Below, piece after piece: positions 10,080-20,300 of a stretch of DNA of 64,000 nt. A program made the translations under genes and the position numbers. A model generated the notes under the pieces. That model saw nothing but the letters and a program-made list of their open reading frames with translations, was not told the origin of the DNA and did no database searches. Source of the DNA: a virus (Duplodnaviria > Caudoviricetes); IMG/VR virus record IMGVR_UViG_3300026101_000001, positions 1-64,000 of that record; one strand, given 5' to 3'. Positions within the stretch are counted from its first letter, which is position 1, and each line of letters opens with the position of its first letter.

Positions 10080-13000
10080 TAGGCGGGTCTCTCTTCTACA
10101 CTAACAAGGCTCAAACGCTGTGAGTCGATAAATTGTTGTAGTAAACCTCGTTGCTGGTTTGTTACTCGGAGTCTGTAGTAGAAGCTGTCTTGCGATGTGT
10201 TTGTATCGGTATAGGTGAATGCTCCACTGGTGATATCCCTTTGTATACAAGAGCTAGAGTCAGGGTCAGAATAATCATCCGCGTTAAAATCTATGTAAGT
10301 CATAGTCCCCGTGATATTCATTCTTTGAAGTTCAGACCAACCCGAACCGGTGAAGCTACGCTCAAGAATAAGGGTGGCGGAGGGAACGAAATCTTGATTA
10401 GTGGGACAGGCATCACCTGAGGTAAATGTGCCTCGCCAACTCAAACTACAGTTAACAGTCTTGGGGTTACCATTAGTAGTAAATGGCCCGACTTCAACTG
10501 AAGGGTTAAGCGACAATAAGGTACTATCTCCACCATTAATCAACTGGCCGGTAGTTACAGACCCACCGAAATATTCGTTACCGTTAAGGTCTCTCCAACC
10601 TAAAGATGCGTTCTGCTTGGTTAAAGCATCATAATCAGGTTCAGATCCATTGAGAATTGGTGTTCCTTTCCATATCCAAAGGTTGTCGGGACCAAATCCA
10701 TTAGGGTCCTCTATTTCCATTACGTTTGGTGTAACCGTAACTTTTCGAGTTGAAACTAACGTTCCTCTAACCTCAACATCCGCAGTCATTACCAGCTTTT
10801 CTGATGCTGAGTCGTAGGTGAAGAAATCTTTCCCCGCTTTATTGGAGAACGTTAGGTTATCCATATAAAGCTTAATAGCGCTAACATCGCTCCCGCCTCT
10901 AATTTCGAGGCCCGTGAAGCTTTGTGTTTCGTCAACAACACCCAGCGTAAAACTGGCTTCGAGACCCCCAATCGCATTTTCTAAAGCTTGCATATAGCTC
11001 ACAACCGAGACGGAATCCCCGCTAGTATTCACGATTTTAAGTTCCGTGAACGCACGGGCCAACGGTGCTCCCATAATCCAATTACCGTCGTCGTCTTCGT
11101 AACCGATTTGAACAATATTGTTTTCAACAATTTGGGTTTGAACCGTCTTGTCTCCAACCTTACCTCGTAAGGCAATAACGTCGAGTTGCGTTATCTTATT
11201 CGCATCATCAAGACTCGACTGGGTAAGAATAAGGTTTTCGTAAGTCTCACCAAGAGCCGTGGTCCGTTCATCCCAGACAGTCATATCAGCAAGCATCTGA
11301 GTAATACTGTCACTAAGAGATTTACCCCAGTCTGGGCCTTCGTGGTTGAGAACTTGATCAATAACCCCTTCAACATCAACTTGAAAGGCTTCTGTTGCGG
11401 TAATCTCTTTATGAACCCATAAACCAAACCCCTCTTTTGAGGCTAAGCGGTACCAGATATGAAAGACTTGTCCTTCTGCGGAGGAATACAATGTAATAGT
11501 GCTACCGTTCGAGTATTCTTTTGCCTCGGTGATTACATTCTCACCGTGATACTTAAACTCGTAGTAACTGGTGGTTTTATCTACCTTTGGAGGGGTGAGC
11601 GTAATAATCCCACCTTCATTGGTGATAGTCGGTTCTTCAGGAGGTGTTGGTGGTGCCGTAACCGTAAACGTCAGGCTCTTAGGCTTCCCATACTTCAATG
11701 TGTTTGTGAAGGGCTTCACTTTAACGAGATAGTTCTCTGCAGCTCTAAGAAAGCCGAAGACTTGGCTACTATCATAAATAGTGTAATGGGAGATAACACT
11801 CCGGCCATCTGGCTTATAAAGCGTTACTTCATAACCGTAGTTATTATCATCCCACGTTACCAAATGGGGGTCTTCGTCTGAGAAAACGTACTGGTAATTT
11901 AGGTTCGTAATATCCGTCGCAGGGTTACTTACTTGGTAGACTAAAGGACTTTGGAACAAGTCTGGGTAATGTTCTCCTACAAGGTCTATTACTCGGGCCG
12001 TAATATAAAGGTCTGAAGGTAACTCCACACCATTCTCTGAACAAGCAACTTCAAAGTCGCTTTTCGGCACAATCAATGACGCCCTTGCCAGCTTCGTTAA
12101 GAGGTGCACGCGGTTATCTGGGTCTACATCATCATAAATTTTAAACTCAATTCCTAAGACACCATTGGTTTCCAGCAAGTTAACCTTGTTTACTTCGGTA
12201 GAACCAAAGTTATACATGACCTTACTATCAATGGTGAGGGCATAGTTCTCATACTTAATAGCGATTTCAGGGACGATACCCGCATCACGTAAGTCATTGG
12301 CCGCGACCATGTTGGTAGACCATTGAAGTTCGGTCCACGGGCTGGCCGTATCCCCTTGAGCGCTTCTAACTTCAATCTTGATATCACCCAGCTTAACGTT
12401 CTGAATCTCGAAGTAGAGATTATTGGTCTTCGTGGTGTACTCTCGACCATTCACAGACTCTTCGGTAATACGAACCTCGAAATAACCCCCAGGTGGTAAC
12501 GGGGCCTCAAGCTCCCATGCTATCCAAAGGTTTATTTGTTCAATGCCGCGCACCTGAATATGCTCTTCGTCAACGACTCTTAGGTTTTTAACTTTCCTAA
12601 CTTGAGGTCGAAGCAAGAACGAGTATTTCGGTGCCTCAGATATAATAAGATTATCGGCGTCCCCATGTTTATTGAGGTTTACTTCTTGACAATAGAAGTC
12701 ATAGAGCTCAGGTTGGCTGTCATTTTCCTGAACCGTGATAATGCGCCAAGGTTTAGGCAACCCTATTAGTTGACCGTTTTGTGACGCGGATACGACAACC
12801 GGCGCATACTTATTGAAAAGGTTAAGGTCCGGCATAGGCTGTTTAAGTTTCAAGCGATAAATAGGCTTGGCCACATCCGAAGAGAGAACATCCATTGTAA
12901 AATCGAAGTTCTCATATTTACCCATCACTTTTACTTTGTAGGTCCCGCCCTCATCAAAGTAAACCGGATCACGTAGGGTTACAGCTTTAGTCTCTAACTT

Positions 13001-14656
13001 AACCGCACGCCCTGAATACGCATGACCCGTTTCAGGGTCAACAATATTAATGATATCCATAGGCTCGAATTCCATCCCGAGCTGCGGCGCAGTAAATGAT
13101 ACCGTGCGTACTTCTGTAGTAACTGAAGAAATATAAAACGTCATACGGCGCTTTACTTCCCATACATTTGTTGCGCCTTTGGCATCAAACTCGTAGGTGT
13201 TGAGACCGTATTTTAGAATAGACTCTTCATCGCGTATTTCAGCGACGTACTGTTCTTGATAATCTAAAGACGCATCGATGTAGCTCGATGTAACCGCATT
13301 ATGTCGTTCTGACAATGCAGAGAAGTTATACGAGAAAGGTGACCCGCCCGTTTCAGACACACACATTTCAGGCGTGACCCACGCCACCGGTAAATCAGGG
13401 AGGTCCGCAATAAATTTAATTTCACCGGTATCCTGCTCAATAGGCCTAGCAAACGCGCTACCCAAAACATAACGAAGAACGTCCCACCCATTTTGAGGGT
13501 CTGTTAATACCGCGTTGAAGGTATATCGTGGTGCGTTCTCTTCTCCGGTAATAGGGTTGGTTAGGTTCTTTTCATTTGTCTGAAGGTCATAACCGTCTGC
13601 ATACTTAGCCATACGGTAGACGTTGTAACGGTTTATACGTACACGAGGGTTTGCTTTTACGACACCCCAAACAGGATTAGTTACCAGTTCGTGAGCTATC
13701 CAAAAAGGATTATCTGTGGTTTCTTTTTCCGCTTTAAATTGCCCATCCCACGCGGAGCTTTCTTCGTAGGTTTTATTCTTAGCGTCATAATTAGATGGGA
13801 TGGCGCACTTAATACCATCATAATTCGCACTGACGGTAGGAATACGCGTCATTTGCTGACCCAGAACACCAACTACGTGCATCATCGCAAGCCCAGGATG
13901 GTATTCTAGGTCTGGGTCGTCATAGTCGGCCCCATTCTCTGTATAAGCATCCCCAGATTTAGTTAGTAACTCATAACTGGTCCAAGATACCTCAGCTACA
14001 TCTTCCTCATTCGAGTCTGTGGTTAGACGGGTTACCTTAATCTCAAATTGGTCCTCAGGGTTAGTTCTCGGTAACCGAATGTTATAAACTCTTACAAAGG
14101 GGCTGACTGTAGTTTTGCCTGAAATTGTTAAACTTCTAGAAATCCATTCCGAATCTAGTAAATTTTTATACTGAATTGTAAAGCTGACCCTATGAGTCTT
14201 CGAACCATCATCGGTATAACGAACCAGTTGAGAAACGGTGAAACGTAATTCAATTTCATCAAAACCTTTTACCGTTGGTACCGTAGTTCTTGTTACAGGG
14301 GCTTGATAAGTAAGTTGCGCACCTACTTGTTGAATAATATTTTGTCCACCCAAGCCAAACCATATAGGGGTTTGGCCTTCTTCAGGGTCGTCCTTAGCAG
14401 AAATAAGCGTACCTTGTTCGAAACGAAGCATTAAGCTAGCGTTATCGAAGTTGGTTTGATTTAAGCTGTTGAAGACTGGCGTATCATCAATGAAGATATT
14501 GCGGAGCTTTTCTTCTGGGGTATCTCCTACCACGCCACCAATAGGTCCTTCGGAAATCCCAAGAACAAATTCGAATGCATCAGTAGAAAATAAATTATCC
14601 GCGTCGTTAGAGGGACCCCCTCCACCACCACGGCCTTTGAAAGTGTTATTCGTCAC
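10079..14656 (-). CDS. Tail tip/host specificity protein (lambda J-like)
   Basis: 1525 aa; GISEGPIGG, NIFIDDTP, TDNPFWI, PRYTFN, Fn3-like region; position after I-like gene. Confidence 0.85.
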   Translation of the reverse strand: MTNNTFKGRGGGGGPSNDADNLFSTDAFEFVLGISEGPIGGVVGDTPEEKLRNIFIDDTPVFNSLNQTNFDNASLMLRFEQGTLISAKDDPEEGQTPIWFGLGGQNIIQQVGAQLTYQAPVTRTTVPTVKGFDEIELRFTVSQLVRYTDDGSKTHRVSFTIQYKNLLDSEWISRSLTISGKTTVSPFVRVYNIRLPRTNPEDQFEIKVTRLTTDSNEEDVAEVSWTSYELLTKSGDAYTENGADYDDPDLEYHPGLAMMHVVGVLGQQMTRIPTVSANYDGIKCAIPSNYDAKNKTYEESSAWDGQFKAEKETTDNPFWIAHELVTNPVWGVVKANPRVRINRYNVYRMAKYADGYDLQTNEKNLTNPITGEENAPRYTFNAVLTDPQNGWDVLRYVLGSAFARPIEQDTGEIKFIADLPDLPVAWVTPEMCVSETGGSPFSYNFSALSERHNAVTSSYIDASLDYQEQYVAEIRDEESILKYGLNTYEFDAKGATNVWEVKRRMTFYISSVTTEVRTVSFTAPQLGMEFEPMDIINIVDPETGHAYSGRAVKLETKAVTLRDPVYFDEGGTYKVKVMGKYENFDFTMDVLSSDVAKPIYRLKLKQPMPDLNLFNKYAPVVVSASQNGQLIGLPKPWRIITVQENDSQPELYDFYCQEVNLNKHGDADNLIISEAPKYSFLLRPQVRKVKNLRVVDEEHIQVRGIEQINLWIAWELEAPLPPGGYFEVRITEESVNGREYTTKTNNLYFEIQNVKLGDIKIEVRSAQGDTASPWTELQWSTNMVAANDLRDAGIVPEIAIKYENYALTIDSKVMYNFGSTEVNKVNLLETNGVLGIEFKIYDDVDPDNRVHLLTKLARASLIVPKSDFEVACSENGVELPSDLYITARVIDLVGEHYPDLFQSPLVYQVSNPATDITNLNYQYVFSDEDPHLVTWDDNNYGYEVTLYKPDGRSVISHYTIYDSSQVFGFLRAAENYLVKVKPFTNTLKYGKPKSLTFTVTAPPTPPEEPTITNEGGIITLTPPKVDKTTSYYEFKYHGENVITEAKEYSNGSTITLYSSAEGQVFHIWYRLASKEGFGLWVHKEITATEAFQVDVEGVIDQVLNHEGPDWGKSLSDSITQMLADMTVWDERTTALGETYENLILTQSSLDDANKITQLDVIALRGKVGDKTVQTQIVENNIVQIGYEDDDGNWIMGAPLARAFTELKIVNTSGDSVSVVSYMQALENAIGGLEASFTLGVVDETQSFTGLEIRGGSDVSAIKLYMDNLTFSNKAGKDFFTYDSASEKLVMTADVEVRGTLVSTRKVTVTPNVMEIEDPNGFGPDNLWIWKGTPILNGSEPDYDALTKQNASLGWRDLNGNEYFGGSVTTGQLINGGDSTLLSLNPSVEVGPFTTNGNPKTVNCSLSWRGTFTSGDACPTNQDFVPSATLILERSFTGSGWSELQRMNITGTMTYIDFNADDYSDPDSSSCIQRDITSGAFTYTDTNTSQDSFYYRLRVTNQQRGLLQQFIDSQRLSLVSVEERPA

Positions 14657-14687
14657 TTAAGCCCCAATATCGTCAATTAACCAAATT

Positions 14688-15452
14688 TTATCTAAGTTGT
14701 CTTTGTCTTATCCCGTCGGTTTCTCTACCGCTAGGACCCCAAGTGGTTTGTCCCACCTCTTGGGATTCACTGTTGAAGAATAGAGTAGACCAAGAATCTC
14801 GCTTGTTGTCACTAACTTCATCCCAAACAACATTGGTAAAGTTTCTAATATCCGCAGAGGAACGTCCAACACTTTCAATATTAAATTGAAATAAGTGGCC
14901 ACCAAAACGGTGTTGCCCAAATATCATAGCTACCGGTGTTCCGGAACGAATAGTATTGGGGTAAGACGTTGCGGTATTACTACTCTCCTCCGAGGTATTA
15001 TTCTCAGGCGTGGGCATTAACTCTTGCGCAAGCCCTCCTACAATAAGTGCTAGGCCTATTTGGGCTAGGACAAGATTTATACTTACCATCCCCGCTGAGC
15101 CTAATGCCATAAATCCCGCAGAAACCGGCGGCATCAGTATTGCCACGGTAATTAAGACGATACCGACAACGATTTTTACCCATCCATTAGAGCTACCGCT
15201 ACCTTGAAAACCTTTTAAGGTTCTTAAAGTCTGTTTCCTCCGCAAGACCATTTCACCATCCTTAACTGGCTCATCTAAGTCTAGAGTTGAGCTAATCCCA
15301 TCGATTTCACAGACATAACGCACCTTAGCCGTTAAGGGGTTGAACCCTTCCTGCAGCTTAAGTGCTTCAAGAGCCTCCCTGTAGTTTGTTGCCGCGGTTC
15401 TTATCGTCTTAGCTAGTTTGTTGCTAAACCCAACTAATTTAATCGTTACCAT
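14688..15452 (-). CDS. Tail assembly protein (lambda I-like)
   Basis: Ubiquitin-like N-terminus, hydrophobic IVVGIVLITVA, NTIRSGTPVAMIFG motif. Confidence 0.75.
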   Translation of the reverse strand: MVTIKLVGFSNKLAKTIRTAATNYREALEALKLQEGFNPLTAKVRYVCEIDGISSTLDLDEPVKDGEMVLRRKQTLRTLKGFQGSGSSNGWVKIVVGIVLITVAILMPPVSAGFMALGSAGMVSINLVLAQIGLALIVGGLAQELMPTPENNTSEESSNTATSYPNTIRSGTPVAMIFGQHRFGGHLFQFNIESVGRSSADIRNFTNVVWDEVSDNKRDSWSTLFFNSESQEVGQTTWGPSGRETDGIRQRQLR

Positions 15453-15774
15453 GCGTGGTCACCTCTTCTAAAATAACGCAATTGGATTTTACAGAGAACT
15501 TCACGCATTTGTTTTTTGAAATAACCCAATGATCCCATTCGGGTAGATTTAGAAACGTGTAGTAATCAGAAAGACTCAGGTTTGCAAAATCATCTGTGTG
15601 AGAATGCCAAGAGGCCGCGGTCTCCGAGTAATACTTTTCGAAGTCTTTTTCTGACACCTCAAACCCATTCTGGGGGTCCTCAGAAATATTATCGACTTCA
15701 ACAATTTCACCAGACTTTAAGATAAAGCCGCAGCGCTCAACCTCAGGGTTCCAAAAATCACTCAACTTTGTCAC
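15439..15774 (-). CDS. JAB/MPN-domain tail assembly protein (lambda K N-terminal-like)
   Basis: ERCGFIL...WHSHT...LSLSD JAB motif. Confidence 0.8.
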   Translation of the reverse strand: MTKLSDFWNPEVERCGFILKSGEIVEVDNISEDPQNGFEVSEKDFEKYYSETAASWHSHTDDFANLSLSDYYTFLNLPEWDHWVISKNKCVKFSVKSNCVILEEVTTHGND

Positions 15775-16255
15775 GATTCGCCCCCCTTAATTTGGCCCTT
15801 AAGTGAATAGGTAACCCTTTATGGAGATTTTGAAAAGTAACCGCATCCGTTGTTTTTTCAATCTCAGGGTGTCTAACCACTCTGGTAACTCGATATCGCC
15901 ACTTATCGTCATAATCAACAATCTCACTTAAGCGTCCTTGCAAATGGTGTAATATCTTCTGTCGGCCTACGTAGATAGCAACATGGTTGACTACCTTGCT
16001 ACCAACAATACGCATCATCAATACATCACCAAACCGGACTTTGTGAGGACAATTGTTAGTATCTTTGAAGCCTTCCATTTCAAACCGGTTTGTAAAGAAG
16101 TCTAAGTTCGGGTCTTGAGTCCAGTTATTTGGCCTTGCGTAATTCGTCAACTCCATTTGATACCGAGCTTTATAGAAATCTCTAACCAAGGTGTAACAGT
16201 CCTGTATCCCCTGCTCATAAACATGACCGCAAAATATCCCCAGTTCTTTATTCAT
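15758..16255 (-). CDS. NlpC/P60 family tail-associated peptidase
   Basis: QDCYTLVRDFY...NHVAIY...ILHH. Confidence 0.85.
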   Translation of the reverse strand: MNKELGIFCGHVYEQGIQDCYTLVRDFYKARYQMELTNYARPNNWTQDPNLDFFTNRFEMEGFKDTNNCPHKVRFGDVLMMRIVGSKVVNHVAIYVGRQKILHHLQGRLSEIVDYDDKWRYRVTRVVRHPEIEKTTDAVTFQNLHKGLPIHLRAKLRGANRDKVE

Positions 16256-16740
16256 ACCACCACCGTACTAAATTCAGGTTGAATATATCGGCGAGGTGGG
16301 AACTTGGTTTTATTCCCGTCCGAGAGCTTTCTTAGTTGTAGGGTTAGGATAGAAGCACTGATATTACTGGCATGGGAGACATAAAAAACGTGTTTAGCCG
16401 TTAAGGTTCCACCTTGCTCGTTTGGGAGAGCTTTATAACGAGTAACCACCGAGTCCTCTAAAAGTCCTTGGTTCAAGTAATAGCTATAAATCCCCCCTTC
16501 GTTAGGTAGAGATAGACTAGGACGGTTTTTCTCACCTGTGGATTGATTTGAAATACCCGAGATTTTAAAAGGGGAATGCACCCACGTAGAACCATTCCAA
16601 TCGCGAGTTTCTTTATCCGTTAGACGGATAATAACCGGCTGACCATCTGGGTCTTCAATGATTATTTCTAGGTAGGTTGTTAAGTCTTCGGGGGACAGCG
16701 AATGTCGTTGAGACTGCTGCTCTTGTGAAAGTTCTTTCAT
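16252..16740 (-). CDS. Minor tail protein (lambda L-like)
   Basis: WNGSTWVHSPFKISG, RPSLSL, KFPPRRY; synteny; start at ATG within GGAAATTGACGATG. Confidence 0.7.
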   Translation of the reverse strand: MKELSQEQQSQRHSLSPEDLTTYLEIIIEDPDGQPVIIRLTDKETRDWNGSTWVHSPFKISGISNQSTGEKNRPSLSLPNEGGIYSYYLNQGLLEDSVVTRYKALPNEQGGTLTAKHVFYVSHASNISASILTLQLRKLSDGNKTKFPPRRYIQPEFSTVVV

Positions 16741-16962
16741 CGTCAATTTCCCTCAATTTTCAGCTAGTATACCGAAAAGAAAAAGAGATTGAATATTTTT
16801 CAAGCGACCAAAAACAGAACACCCCAGCTAAAAGCTGAGGCGTTGATTTGGAAATTGACGATAATTAGGAGCCACATGGACTACTAACCAAGGCCAATAC
16901 TACGGACACACAATTTAGTTGTCAATAATAATCTTTAAATTAATTAATAATTATTCTATTAA

Positions 16963-17349
16963 TTAAAGTGGTACTTCACGCAACGTTACCGTAAAAGGTT
17001 GAATCGCGCCATCAGCCCCTGTTAAGCCTTCTGGTAGTTCTAGTGGTTGGTCAAAACGAACAACAACATTACCAAACTTGTGATGCTGGTAAATAAACTC
17101 TTTCCACGTTTCATGTCGTTGGTAAAACTCATCCAAATGATCTGCACTATAACGACGTTGTAGCGGGCTGAGTAGTTGAGGGTTTTCAAAAAACTTCATT
17201 ACTGAATATTTTAAAGTGAAAATCCGGCTTACGGGTGTGGTGGGTTTACTCGCATAATCCCACTGGTTACCTAACGACAATCTTGTTGAACGGTCTCTAT
17301 AACGGTGAGAGACCTTGTGATAAATAAAATCGTATTGTTCCAATGACAT
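16963..17349 (-). CDS. Distal/minor tail protein (lambda M-like)
   Basis: 128 aa directly after tape measure; DEFYQRHETWKEF. Confidence 0.6.
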   Translation of the reverse strand: MSLEQYDFIYHKVSHRYRDRSTRLSLGNQWDYASKPTTPVSRIFTLKYSVMKFFENPQLLSPLQRRYSADHLDEFYQRHETWKEFIYQHHKFGNVVVRFDQPLELPEGLTGADGAIQPFTVTLREVPL

Positions 17350-20300
17350 TATCTAGTCCTCATATTTACTTGTGCGATAAGTGACGCAAGCTCACCTTCC
17401 CTTGCGATATCATCACCGATAATCGCCTTAACATCATTAGGCCCCAAAGGTGGTAATTGCTTTTCACTAACCACATAGACATTTACGGTCCCAGAATCCT
17501 CGTTACTGGTAGTGCTTGTTGCCTTTGCCGCGTTACTGCTCATCATTTCTTTATCTGAAACACTACTAGGATCGGCAGAGTTCAACGCTTTAACCGTTTC
17601 TAACCCCAGGGCATCTACTGCAGCTTTACGTAATACGAATTCCCCTCGACTCACTTTGGCGTAAGTTGAGTCTCTAGTAGACATTCCACTGGTAATTAAT
17701 CCCCCAGTCTTATAGCTACCGGCTATTACTGGACCCCCAGTAAACATCCCACCACCAAACACCCCCCCCATGCCACCCATACCGCCAGTCATTAAACCTA
17801 AACCTGAGAATAGGGATGAGATCAACTGATTGGCTAAAGCGCGGGTCGCGATATTAGCCATTTCGGTAAGTACGCTGGCACCTAACGCTCTAAATGCACC
17901 CTCGGCGTCTTGTGCCCCTGTGAGGATATCCGCGAACGTTGCTCCGAAAGCATCACCTAATCCCTTGGCCGCTTCCGTTGCCTCAAGGGTCATTTGTGTC
18001 AGACCATCAAAGTTTTCGTAACTACTATTAACTTCATCAACAATATAGGAACCCGCGTTAGCGAACTGAGAAGCTACACCTTTGCCTCCTCGACCTCCGT
18101 AGGTTTCATCAACCCCTTGCTCCCCCAGAGGAGAATACTGAGTACCATAAATCGCGGCTTGAGTTTGGCGAAATTGATCACTCTCATAAATACTCTGATT
18201 TATCTTGCGAACCGTGTCCCCCATCTGGTCTCTAAATTCCCGTAGGCCACGATCCGCTTCTTTAGAAGCTTGTGAAAGGTCCTCAAGATTAGAGTCAAGA
18301 CTAATATTTTGCCCTTCAAGTCCTTCAATAGACTTTCTTGTTTTCGCTTTAGAGCGGCCATCCGTTAGCGCGGGGTTATCAACAATGGTTTCTTGAAGAT
18401 AATTCGCAAAATCCATTAAGGCTTCTTTCGCTTGTCGAACGGCTTGTTCTTCTAAAGCGATCGCCTCTTTTTCTAGTTGTACGGCTTGGCTCTCAATATC
18501 GTTAGCAATACCCGCGGCACGCTCTCGGGTCTCGTCGGTGTAGCCTTCATTGTTTGAGATATCAATATAGCGCTGGGCTTCATAGCGGGTGTCTTCCGCT
18601 TGGGTTCTTAGTTTTTCAGCTTCTTGCCGTGCTTTGGCCAAAGCATTGTTTATCTCACCTTGTTCCGTACCAATAACATCAGTTAAGAGACGCGATAACT
18701 CATCATCATCACCAAGCAATTTAAAATCACGAACGTCTAGGTCTTGTTGTTCACCAATAGAACGTTCGAGACGACTTCTTGCAAAGGTCTTTGCTTGTAT
18801 CGTATCGAATTCTTGGTTCCCTAAGGTAACCCGAGCATTTAGCTCTCTGTCTCGCTGAGCAACAGAGACAGGAGAGTTACCATCAATGGCCGCAAAGAGA
18901 GTGTCTTGCTCATTGGCCACACGCTCTCGCTCAAGGTTTAGTTCTTGGAGCTTAGTTTTTATTTCATCTGAAGTTTCTCGGTCCGTAACTTGGCGAAGTT
19001 GATCACGAAGTACATCCAGCTCTTTATCTAACTCCGCCAGTCGTGCTGGGTAATATAAATTAGCATCCGGCCTAGCATCCTTCGCAGCCGATTGTAGTGA
19101 GCGCTCAAGCTTACCTCTCGCTTCCCCTGCGGCTTGGTAATAGCCTTGTTCCTGAAGCACAAGTCTAGGGTTAGAAACCCCTTGCGCTTCTAATTCCGCA
19201 ATGGCCTCTTTCTCATCTTCTAGCAAGGCTTTTATCTGATCACGAACCAGTGTGTTTATGTCCTTGAATGTGCCTAAGTAGTCACTGGTCTCGTAGTCTT
19301 TGTTTTTCTCTGTTAACGCATTGATTTCCTCGCTGGTCTCAGCGATATCATTCAACAGTTCACGACGGTTCTTAATTACCACTTGGGCAATTTTTCGCTC
19401 TTCCTCTTTGATACTCGGGTCTAACGAATCGTATTGTTTCTGGTTGTTCTCTACTTCCAGTAACGTGTTCGCTCGGTTAAGCATTTCTTGAGCAAGGTTG
19501 TTTATATACTCTTCGGCTTTATCCCGTGCATCACCCGATAGGCCAAATTGCTTCATCAGAGAATCTAGTTCTTGCGGGGATTGGTTTAGGATATTGAATA
19601 ACTGGCTTTGCAATGCTTGTGTTTGCGTGCGTGCTTCTTGTGCACGGCCATAAGCACCGGCCTCTTGAGGGTTAATGTTGCGAATAAGCTCGTTGATACT
19701 CGCAAGATCATCCCCGAAATTCGGCAGCGCGGTATCTATCAGACTTCTATAAACATTTCCTCGACTGGCAAAGCGTCCTCGCTGGGTCGCGGTTTTACCG
19801 CTACCAACGCTAACATCCGTTCCCTTCTCTTGGGCTAATAGTCTGCGCTCAGATGAATCGAAAAAGCCGATTGAAAACAGCTCATTTAATTTAGCTTCCG
19901 AGTTATCAACAAAGTTATTCCGGTTTTGGTTCTGAAGGTACCCCACTCCATCCCGAGTAGTGTCTTCAAACTCCTTCATCTTGCTAATAAGCTTGTCGTA
20001 GCTGTCTATAGAATCATCGATGTACAACCCTTGCTGGCGAAACTCATCATTAAGACGACGTATCTCGCGCTGAAGAGACTCATTATTCGTAAGGTCATTT
20101 TGCTTTAAGATAAGCGTATCAATAGCGGACCCAACTTTTTTAAGCTGGTCTTCATAAACCTTAGTTTCAGAGGTACCACGGTTTAAGGCCGCTTGCGTGC
20201 TATCAACACGGTCATTAGCTCGGGCTCGGCCATCGAGGTACTGGTACCCATAAACCCCTGCGGTACCTACGGCAGTAGCAAGCCCAACCCCAGGTATTGC

